Shown: positions 27,201 to 38,300 of the stretch, piece by piece
How positions within the stretch are numbered: the first letter of the stretch is position 1
How the letters are laid out: each line of letters opens with the position of its first letter
DNA from: Hormiphora californensis
Lineage: Eukaryota > Animalia > Ctenophora
Assembly (NCBI GenBank): GCA_020137815.1
Contig: CM035355.1
Coordinates: 1,798,001-1,862,000 of the forward strand
Direction: 5' to 3'
DNA length: 64,000 nucleotides
The notes under the pieces: model-generated
What the model was told of the DNA's origin: nothing
The model's input: only the letters and a program-made list of their open reading frames with translations
Databases searched by the model: none
Translations under genes and position numbers: made by a program

Positions 27201-28531
27201 GCCGCATGCCTCTACAGCCCGCTGGTAGATGCTGCGTGGTGGGGTGAGGGGTTAGGAGGATCAAGTAGGGAGGGTGGCAGGGGGTAATTAGCTGGTTTGT
27301 CAAGGAGGAATGCAAGGAGACAGGATCTTACCCTCGGTAGCACTTATTTTATCCACTCTCAGGACTCACAGACAGCTGATATGACGTGTTAATAGAGTGT
27401 GTGGGGGAGGGGGTTAGGGGGGAGAGTTGGGGAGAAAATCTGTCACAGTCCGATATAATACACAAATTGCATGAGGGTAAAAAAAACACATGGGATGGCC
27501 CACCCCACTATTATTATAGGAGGGGAAGGACAGGTTAGACTTACGCTCTAATTTCATCTTCACTCCCCTCCTTCCACTCAGCTACAAAGTGGATGTAGTA
27601 TGTCCACAGGTCAACGGAGAGAGGGATCGCTGTTACAGCTTCAACAAATACCTGATTGGAAAAAATGAGATATTATGATAGTAAAGTGATACCAGTGAGA
27701 TAATTTTAGTTTCCACTACAAAACACAATCTTACCTCATTAGCAGCTTCATGAGAGACAAGTTTCTTCAACTGATCAGCGTATTTCTTCCAGTATCCATA
27801 GCAGTACGGGTAGAGTGATAGGAACTGGGAGAAGGCTTTCTTAGTCTGCTTAAGTTTCCCGTTCTTTTCCACAACTTGTAACAGATAGGTCCAGCTTGCA
27901 AAATCACCGGGATTCTCCTCTACTGCTTTCCAGAATCCTCGCTCTTCGGCTGTTGGTACCTCATCTGGGTCTGGGCCATCCTGAAGGTATGGGGTGTAAT
28001 GGGATGTAGTGTGAGCAGGGGAGGGGGGGGGGGTAGAAATTCAGGGGATACATTGTTGATGAAACTTACGTTTTCCATTTCTGTGTCGTCTAATACAATC
28101 ATTTCTGGTTTCTCTTTCTCAGGTGGGGCAACCTCAACAACATCTAGAGGGTGAGGATGTTAGACACGATGTTAAACTTTTTTAGAAATTCATCCGAGTT
28201 TTGACAGCCCTCACCATCTTCAGTGGCTGACTGTTCGGTGGGAACTTCAGCTGCTGCCTCAACTGGTGTGTCAGCTGCCTCAACTGGTGTGTCAGCAGTT
28301 TCAGCTGACTCAGTCACTTCATCTACAGGGGTTTCTGTAGGAGGATCCTGTACAGGTTCCTCGACATCAGATGTCATTTCGACATCTTCCCTCGGTTTTT
28401 TGGCAACTTCATCCTCAGCAGATATTTTCCGTTTCTTTCCCAGTTCCTGTAGATGCATAAGTTAGTCAAACTAGCTTGATTCTAGGGTGTTTAGACTTTA
28501 GTGCTCGGTAACTCACGTTTTCGTCTGACAT
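24213..28531 (-). CDS. PRPF39: Pre-mRNA-processing factor 39 (HAT repeats)
   Basis: FASWTYLLQVVEK...AFSQFLSLYPYCYGYWKKYAD; AIPLSVDLW; FEDGIKRPYFHVKELER; LFERCLIACALYESFWIK. Confidence 0.93.
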
Positions 28532-28720
28532 TTTGAGGGAAAACAAATTAAAAAACGGAAGAAATTTCTGAAAACTTTGGCGACTGAAATTTTCAAAATT
28601 TCAATATTTTTTTATAAATTAAGAATCGTAATACGCGCGCGCGAATACTGCGCGGCTTCATAAATTGTGCCAAATTGGATTTGCGCGTGCAAAATTACGG
28701 TGAAAAAGTTTCCGTCAAAA
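28532..28720 (-). promoter_or_regulatory. Putative PRPF39 promoter
   Basis: CGCGCGCGCG core with AT tracts immediately upstream of the ATG; same signature as 3487-3869. Confidence 0.45.
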
Positions 28721-29345
28721 ATGTTATCAAAAATAGGTCTAATTATCCTATATTGGTAGACAGTTGGTAGACTGAAACTTGAAAGTTGTCTCAATGTAAT
28801 GACAAGCTGAAAGTGAACGTGATTCTGGAAGTGGAATCTGGATTCACTTTCACTTTCAGATTGCAACATTGTATTCAGATTGCAAATGTAAATCAAGACA
28901 ACTTTCATAAATATAATACCATAACACACTGTCTTAAGGAATTTATAAAATCATCAAACCTCAAAATTAATTAATTACATTAGTATTCACAAGGAAATTT
29001 AGTTATTTGCAAAAAACATTCCATAATATCACAACAATAACATTAAATTTAACACTTACAATTACCCAATTGAAAAAAAAGTTTTCATACCAACAGGCAA
29101 AACTATTTTTTAGTCTCTCAGTCTCTGTTCCAACATATAATGATGATTATGGTCACGGGAAATAGTAATAAAACTAGCAAAATGGGATCCTGCCCATTAT
29201 GTCATTTCAATTCTTTATCAGGAATTTGGGGTTCTACCCGTTATCAGTCAATCTAATCTACCCTTTTCATCCTCTCCTACCCTGGAATCCAGAGTTGCAC
29301 TGTCAGGACAATGCTCTGACAGTGACAGGAGTTGTACAACTTTTT

Positions 29346-32300
29346 CTAACCAGATTTAACTTTGGTGATGCCATGTGAAACTGGCACGGCCTGTCCTTCC
29401 GCGTGGATTGCTGAGAAAACAAGTAGTGTGTGTTAGACATGGAGTCAGGGCGTAGGACGAATGTAGTGAAATGTAAGAGAGCAGTTGAATATTGAACAAT
29501 ATTTAGAAAAAGAGAGAAAAAGTGAGAAAAAGAGGGAGAAAAAGAGAGAGTTGAACTTACTCTCGTAGACAATGGTCATTGAACTTCCACTAGAACTTCC
29601 ACTGGTTCGGCTCATACCACCAGAGGTTTGCCTGCAACAGGGATTTACAGTTAGGTAAGCAATACAAGCTGACAGCAGTGAGATACTGCTTCAATAAAGT
29701 CTACTTTCATGATCAAAAGTGATCCTGAGAATCGAAATAAACGGGCATAATGAGTAGTAGGGGGTGAAGAATAAAAAGTTATTATGTTACCTTGGAGTTC
29801 CGCTGGGGTAGACCTTCTGTACAGTTTTGGATGTGTACCCGGTGTACCCTCCACCGTACATGGCGGGGTGTCGGAGTCCGGGGGCACCATCAGGTGGCAG
29901 GGGACCTGGGGAGAAAGGGTGGTGAGGAATTGGGGAAAAATAGGGACAGCTAAAATGGAATAATCATGTTTTGTAAACATGAACTTGTTCAATGATTCAC
30001 TGGTTTAACTTTTGATGCTCCTTTGTGGAAAGTGAAACGATTGTTCAATGTTCATGCAACTCACCCATATTCTCAAAGTGAACATTATCAATGGCAAGAT
30101 CAGTGAATGACCTCTCCTCTCCATGGGGGTTCTTGCACTGGTGACCCCTCACAGCCGATATCTTCAGAGTTAGCTTGGAGGAGGTGGCGATATAGTATCC
30201 CACCCTAACTGTATACCAAGGAGACATACTGGGATACTTGGATGGCAGGGGTATCATGGGAGAGAAGTGGACCTGAGATCCAAGTTGGACTCTGAATTGT
30301 CCACTGCAGTGTCCCCATTTGTAGAGTAGAGCCTGCTCGAATATAGCCACATACATGTAACCCTTTTGGAGGCCGGTGATTGGTGTAGATATCATCTTGA
30401 TGATGATGTTGTTACTGTTTAACCTCACAAAGGTTCCTCCACTCTTACTGTTCTTCAGGATGCTTGCTCCTTGGAGCGTTGTATCAGAGCTGAGAGTATC
30501 CGACCCTGGTCTTTACCAACGTTAGTCCATCCCTTTGGCACCTTGCCATTGTGATCATTGCTTGGTGCACCCGCTGTGAAACCACCGTTGGAAATCTTAG
30601 GAGCATCGTATGTCTCCTTGAGACGCGTCACAAATGTGAAACAGTCTGCCTTGACATTAGTTCCCTTGGTAATCCTCCTGCACTTCTTGGTCTTTTTAAC
30701 CTTGAGACACAGGTTGAAGAGTTTCTTGCCCCACTTGGTCTGGTAGCACTTCTTCCCAACTTCCACCTTCTTGGTCTTCCATTCACCGTACACTGTTTTA
30801 TCAGCTGCCTTGGGCATGGCAACTATCTTGAACTTTCAGGTTCTCTATTAGCAGTAGCGAGACACCTTGTGCTTGCAGTAGGTGTCAGTGGTACCCAGTC
30901 CACTCTCTGAAAGTAGGATGGAGGTAGGGAGGGGTTAGGAAGTGGTAAACACTTATAAAACGAATTGGATATTAGCATTGTATTGTAAAGTGGTAGCATC
31001 TAAATTTGGTGTATAATTGGAGTATGTAGTAAGAACTAAAACTCACTGAATTTGCGACAGAGCTGGAACTCAAATACAGTAATAGTTTCATCACTATCAC
31101 TGGCAGTGTAGAATGTGTTGATGTCCTTGCGGTGCTGGTGGTATGCAAAGTCATCCTTCCACGACTTGATCCACGCGTTATCTGATAGGAGGGGTGTGAA
31201 TTAATGCTGTAGTAGGAGTTTTAGTGGGATGTCAGGTAGATATCAGCCAATAAAACAGTTAGAATAATAACAACTGCTTGAGAAGTGAGAAACAAAAATT
31301 GAAGACAACTTACATTCATTGATGTCAATGTTAGTTTTAGTGATCGTTCCATAGATAAACCAGACAGAGGGATCGTATCTGAAGAGTCCGATCTGGTAGA
31401 AGTACCAACTGTGGGCAATGCTAACATCCATGTACTTGTTGTGCTCGAAACCTGACAGGAGAGGGTGTCAGATATCAGCTGAGGCGAGGAAGGAAATGGA
31501 TCTGGTAGTTTCGGAGAGGGGGGGGGGTTAAGTTCACCCGGTGAACTATCAAAGGGAAGATTATGACGCTCTGTCAGGCCAATGCTCTGACCGCTGTTGA
31601 CGCTGAATGATGGTACTAAATTACCTGATGGGTAGTCCCAGGATTTCCAATCCTTTGATTCCAGAACGTACTTAGTCTCAGATTTCTTGACGAACCGACG
31701 GATTTTGTAGGAGTAAAGTGATTGACAGTACTTCTTCTTTCCTCCATCTACAGGAATGACATGAGTAGAATTAGGGCTGAGTTAAAAATTGAAATTAAAT
31801 TACGCTCTCGAGGTGTTACTTTGTGTAAAAACTAAAGTAAAGACTTAAGACAGCTGGTTGTTAGTTAAAACTAACCGTAAGTCTTTTCCCAACACTTTTG
31901 TAGTCTTGACACATCCTTGTCGACAAACCAGCCCTCTGTCCTATCGGGCAGGGGGTACTCTGCCTCCTTTGTGGAGATGTAGTGGGCAAAGTCCTCTTTT
32001 TGGTAGAACTTCTTATCCAGAATGTAGAAACCTGGTAGATATATGGGTTAACACGCTGTAACCATGGTAACAGGAACTATCAGAAATACATGGTAACCAT
32101 GGTAACACTCACACTGTGGGCTGGTGTAGGCGGTGATCTTGGCACAGTTGAACCCTCCACTAACGATCTGTTTGCAGATCTTGTAGGAGTGAATGGTATG
32201 ACAGTATTTCTTACTCTTCTTCTTGTAGGTTACCTTCTTACACTCCTTCTTCGTGGTTATCTCTGTGGAGAGAGAGAGTTGGGGTTAACGGTGGTTAACG

Positions 32301-35300
32301 ATCGCAAGACTTGTCAAGGTTGCTCTTTAGATTGAACTTCTCGAAACGACAACGTTGTGATGCCAGACATGTGGTTGTGTTGTTCTTTGAAACGTTCATT
32401 GTTATGTTCTAACCCTCGGAGCTCGCGAAAAGGAGGTCGAGCTAGGCTTTCTATGATGTGACAAATAATGTCCCTATAAAACTGATAGTACGTACTATTG
32501 CCGATGAGAGAGAATCCGTAGTACTCATCCAGATCACATGCATCAGGGTATTTCTTACGGAAGTGGGCCACACCCGTCTCCTTGATTCCTGCTTCCCATT
32601 CCTTGTTCACTGGCTTGTGGTCCTAAGAGGGGGAGGTAGGAATGGTTAATGGGGGTGGGGGAGTGGTTAAGGGGGGGGGGGGGTGGTTAATGGGGGGGGG
32701 GGGTTTGAAAGTTGCTGATATTAAAATTGGGATGTTGTAGGTAGGATTTGAGAGGTGGAAAACTACTACGACTTGACCAAGATTATCCAAACTTCATCTC
32801 GACTTACCTTGAAGCAGGTGGGTCGTTTGAGTGTCTCAATTTCCTCACAACTCTTTAGATCAGTGGCCTTGCAAATCTTGGTCTTGTAGGTATCAGTACA
32901 GTAACTAAATTCATAACCTCCCTTGTTGCTGTTGTAGCACTTGGTAGACTTGACACTCATAACTCGTTGCTTGGAAAAGAGAGCGAGTTTTTAATAAACA
33001 AAGTTTCAACCCCGTCTCGACGTATTGCTCTGACCGTGGTTGAGAATAGGGTCAGATCAATGCTCTGACAGATTAAGGCGTTATGGTTACGGTAGTTATT
33101 GGTAACCATGGCAACTTCAGGTACCTGGTCATTGTAGGTGGAGCAACACTTGCTGCAGCAGTGGGTGAGGTTATCATACCCGAATCTGACATAACCCTTC
33201 TTCTTCTTACACGGAACCTGGTTGGGGGGGGGGTAGTTAATTGGGCAATTAATTGGACAATCAATTGAACAATTAAGAAATGTTGGACATGTCTGAGTAG
33301 TGCAAATATTTAGAATACCATGCATATCTTGATCTACCGAACCCTCACAGCAATAAAATGCGGTGTGAGCCAAACCATGCATACCTTGAGTTTTGGTAGT
33401 TCGGTATTCTTGATATCATATGCGAACACTTTGGTGTAGTAATCTTCCTCACTCATGTGTTTCAACTTGGTAGGCTGGTCCCAGGTGGTCAGAGTCTTAC
33501 ACTTGTTCTTTTTAGGCTGCGGAGGGGGGACGGTGTTACCATGGAGGAGGGTGGAGACAATGTGTGTTATCATCGACGAGTTTAGAGAAGATTAAAAACA
33601 ATGTGTTACCATGGAAACACGACTACTCACGTTGTCAAGGTGGAGTTTCTTGCACACTTTGTACACGTTCATGGCGTGACATCGCTTAGCAACCACATTT
33701 CCATATTTCTTGGTGAAACACTTCTCCTTTGTGGTGACGTCACCCAACACAGTCCAGCCTGGAGGGAACATTGCAGGTTAGAACTAATCCAGCAGCTGGA
33801 GGATTATTGTTTGAAAAAGGATAATTGTAGGCAGTAAAGTCGAATTTTTTAATCAAGGGACAGGGGGCTGCACATTCAGAGAGGTCGCACGTGACAATCG
33901 AGATCAAGTTCCTGACAATCTTAAAACTTGAACCTGGAACCGTTTGAAAGATAATTTTAAGACCTTTTCAACGCAACCAAAATCAAGTCTTTATCTTATC
34001 AGGAACAGGAGATATGAGCGAAAACGTTTAGCACACGCAAATCGACTTTTGTAAATGCGCGGCCCCCTGTCCCTTGATTAAAAAATTCGACTTTAGGATG
34101 GGGAGTATATATTCAGAGTATTTTAATCAGCAACAAATGAAAAATAGAAGAATTACCCGGAATAACTTTCCCTCGCTTACCATCGTATTTGTTCTTGTCC
34201 AGGGAGTTAACAGGGATAATCTTGGTCTTGATGAACGCCTCCCACTTGCTCTTCCAGAAAGTTAACTTGATCCTGACCCGTTTGAAACAGGTGGGGTAAC
34301 TCCAACTGGTGACATCCTTACATTTGAGGGCCTTGACCCCGTTATCCTTGGTGATGATCTTGCACACACTGTACTTGTAGAGATTGTGACACTTTTGTAG
34401 GGTAGCTGTACCCACCTGAGTAGAGAGAGAGGGGGAGATAAGGAGGGGTAGACCAGGGGTTTAGACGAGGGAATAGGGAGAAAGGTAGAGTAGTGGGGGG
34501 TTAGTGATGTGAGTTGGAATGATAAAGTAGGGGAGGTAGGTCGTAGGATATAGTAGGTCGTGGGATAGTTGTCGTGGGATAGTTGTCAGTGAAAATACTG
34601 TGCAGCCCAACTCTTTACCTTTTTCTGCCAGCACTTTTTCTCCTTCTTGATATCTCCGTAGACAAACCACTTCTTGTACTGTACACAGGGTGTTTTGTAC
34701 TTGGGTACTACCTTCTTCTGTAGGTACTTGGTGAATATCATCTTCCAGTGGTCTTCCAACTTGAACTGGGGGAACACTGGGAACAAGGGGGAGGGGGTTG
34801 GAGAGGGGGAGGGGAGTAGTGGGGGAACACTGGGAACAAGGGGGATGGGGTTAGAGAGGGGGAACTTGAAAAAAGAGGGATTACTGTCATGTCTTCCCCG
34901 CGAAGAGGGGGTAAACTAAAGTAAGGGACAGTAATGGTTCGCACGTAGAGAATTTAAATATTTTACTGCATCATAATTATGAATTGCAAACTGATTTAAT
35001 TACCCTTTGGCTCGTCCCAGGTGACCCTCTTTGCACAATCACTAGGCATCTCTTCAGCCAAGGTGGGCTTCACGCAGAGATCATACTTGTAGAGCTTGTG
35101 ACAGAGTTTAGCTTCCTTTTTACCGTACTTCTTAGAGAAACACTTCTCAACACGCTGAATTGCTGTGGGAGAGAGACATGTGTAAAACAAGGCTGGATTC
35201 GGTGGAAGAGAAATAAAAAGTCAATAATGGAGAGACATATCATTGGATTTCTTGACTTTCAGAGAGAATTAGAAACTTACATTCGACAATGACAACCCGT

Positions 35301-38300
35301 CCCTTATATTTCTTGGCGTCCATGCTGTACTGTGGTTTGATCTTCTTATCAATATACACAGCAAACTTCTCCTTCCAGAAACTGAGGGCCTTCTTCTGGT
35401 GTTTGCACCCCTTGGGGGCAGTCCAGGTTGTATACTCCTTACACACGATCTTGGGCACCTTGGTCTCTGCGATATGAGTGGGATATTAATGGTACATATC
35501 TCTTAAAAATATAACCTTTTTCTCGATAATAATGAGTCAAATAAACTGTTAAATATACAGATAAACTGTTAAAATGATGAGTAGGGCGTAGGCCAAGAGG
35601 TGATATACTTACTTTTGCTAGTTTTGCAAATCTTGTAGACATAGAGATTCTGACAGTGCTCGAAGGTGTACGTTCCATCCTTCTTGGCAACTGAAAAAAG
35701 GGGGTATTAGGGAACTGGAACATTGATTTGATTCGATAAGAGCGGTTGCCATGGGGACCCTACGCACGAGGGCCAATCACTGAAACATGACAGGGATATT
35801 AGCGAACTAAAACATGACAGGGAAACTAAAACTAACCGTATTCCTTCTTCCAGCACTTCTTCTTCCTGGTAATGGCCTGGTACACATAGTGATCTTTCGT
35901 ACAACTTCCCTTGCTATACGCATACTTTGGTGCCACACCACTCTTGACGTAGTGATCGAAGATCTTCTTCCACAGCGCCTTGGTATTGATTTGGGAGAAT
36001 GCTGGGAGGGAGAGAGAGGGTGTTAGCTAGCGAACCTTGGGTGCACCGGGGAAGAGAAGGTGTTAGTATAACGAACTGGGGGCGCTGTGAGGACTGGAGA
36101 GAGGGCGAGGGATATTATGGTACTGACACTGGCGCACAAACAATACAGTTTACCATAAACTGGTAGATTTGAAACACACACTATGACTCACAAAGAGACA
36201 AACAATCAATGACTCACAAACAGACAAACACTCAATAACTTACTGGTAGGTTTGTTCCAACTGGTAATCTTGACACACTTGTAGGTGACCTTTGTATTGG
36301 TACCAGTAGCCTTACACACCGTGTACACACTCAACTCGTGACACTTCTTGAAGATGTACTTCTTTTCTGTAGGAGGGGGGAGGGGTGTTACTTTATTTCT
36401 GTAGAAGGGGGATCAGTGGGGGGAGGGGTGTTACTTCTTTTCTGTAGGAGGGGGAGGGGTGTTACTTTATTTCTGTAGAAGGGGGATCAGTGGGGGGAGG
36501 GGTGTTACTTTATTTCTGTAGGAGAGGGGAGTGGGGTGTTACTTTATTTCTGTAGAAGGGGGAGTGGGGAGTGTTACTTCTTTTCTGTCGGAGAGGGGAG
36601 TGGGGATTTAGTTCATTTCTGTAGGGGGGAGTGGGGTGTTACTTTATTTCTGTAGGAGAGGGGAGTGGGGTGTTACTTTATTTCTGTAGAAGGGGGAGTG
36701 GGGTGTGTTACTTCTTTTCTGTAGAAGGGGGTTGTTAGGGTTTTTTTCTTCTTTTCTGTAGGAGGGGGTTGTTAGTTCTTTTCTGAAAGGGGGGGGGGTA
36801 TTACTATAGAAGCAGTAGCAAGGAAACACTCTGTTGGGCTAGTAGCGATTGCATGGGAGAGAAAGGGGTTGCTACCAATTAAAATTGATAAGTATGGCCA
36901 CCTTAGTCTGGATACGAATAAGGGATTGGAATGCTCCTTTTCTTTTAGAGCATACATTCAAATGTTCATATAGTTTTGGTAACTTTTTTCCGCCGACTCA
37001 ATAGCCAATTTCTTTCCATTAACTTCCTGTTTCTCTTACTCTCTCTATCCCCTCTCTCTCTATCTAACCCCCACCTCTATCTAACCCCCACCTCTCTCTA
37101 ACCCCTCTCTCTCACTCTCTCGTTTTCTTTCCGTGGTAGGTATCAGGGCTACGAAGGGCAACATGTGTGATGAGTAGTGCTCACTCCTCCTCACCACCGC
37201 CCCACCAACCCTCCTCTGAGAGGAGGTGTGCCTCCTCACTTATTTTGGGTAAAATCATGTTCGTCTTGTATCTCGTCCTTGTCCTGACCGGCGCCTTGGT
37301 TTCTGCCGGAGATACCGAATGTCATTGTCCAAGGGTAAGTTATTAATGTGGCTCCGCTTTGCCCTCAAGAAGAATATTAATTTGATACTGGGCTCCGCTT
37401 TATTTAGATCACTGGGCCGGATCATAGTGTGGTGTTTAACTCCCCTACTAATCTTTCAGGTGAATTCTGACTCGTGTGATATAAACACCGGTAGATTCAC
37501 ACTGCAGTGTCCGACTGGAAAACCGTTCATCAAGAAGGCATACTTCAAGGATTGTAATGATGAGATTCCGAGGATCTATGGTGTTGACTGCGTAGCAAGC
37601 AAGGCCGAGTGGGACAGTACTGCTGAATGCACTGCAACAACTGGACCGTGTAGGAAGGAAAAAGAAGTTCTTACCCACAAAGTACTTTAGAATGCGTGGG
37701 ACTGATATATTGTTGGTTATTTAACTATTAACTATTAAGTTATACAATCTTTTGTTGGACTTTAAATATATACGTGATATTGTGTGAGAATCTGTATTTT
37801 TGTAAAAAACGTGTTACATGATTTATTTCCCCCTAAAGGAAAAACAGTAAAATTGCTCTCCGTTTTTTGTGTACTATTTAGACCCTTCCTCTGTTATCCA
37901 AAAAGCTGCTGCTGTCCAGAAAGCTGCAGCTAGCAGGATTTGGACAAAAATGCTTGGACAGGCATGAAAATTGAAAGGTGACGTGAGAAGTGAGATTGAG
38001 ACTAACCGTAAGTTCTAGTCCAACACTTCTTCTCCTTCTTGATACCATCAGTGGTGAGGCCGTATCCGGCATACTTCTTGGCTGGGACAGGATACTTCGT
38101 GGAAATCTGTTTAATGACCATGTTGAACTTCTTTTGGTAATAAGCCTTTAGGTTGACCTTAGAGTAACCTGATGGAAAAGAAAGGGGTGTTAGGTTTGCG
38201 GGGGGGGGGGGGGGGGGTACCAACCTATTTTTTTGTATTTTTTTGTATTTTTTTGTACGGTCCGTACAAAAAATAACCAAAATTCCCTGCTTTTTCCGTA

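Noticed and set aside
30830-30860. A-to-I editing of three stops to Trp codons
   Set aside because: Would need four edits in 15 nt with no evident dsRNA partner; indels or a micro-intron are simpler explanations.
37160-37225. Possible C/D box snoRNA (TGATGA...CTGA)
   Set aside because: Too short, no convincing terminal stem or recognisable guide; could be the promoter/5' UTR of the nested gene.
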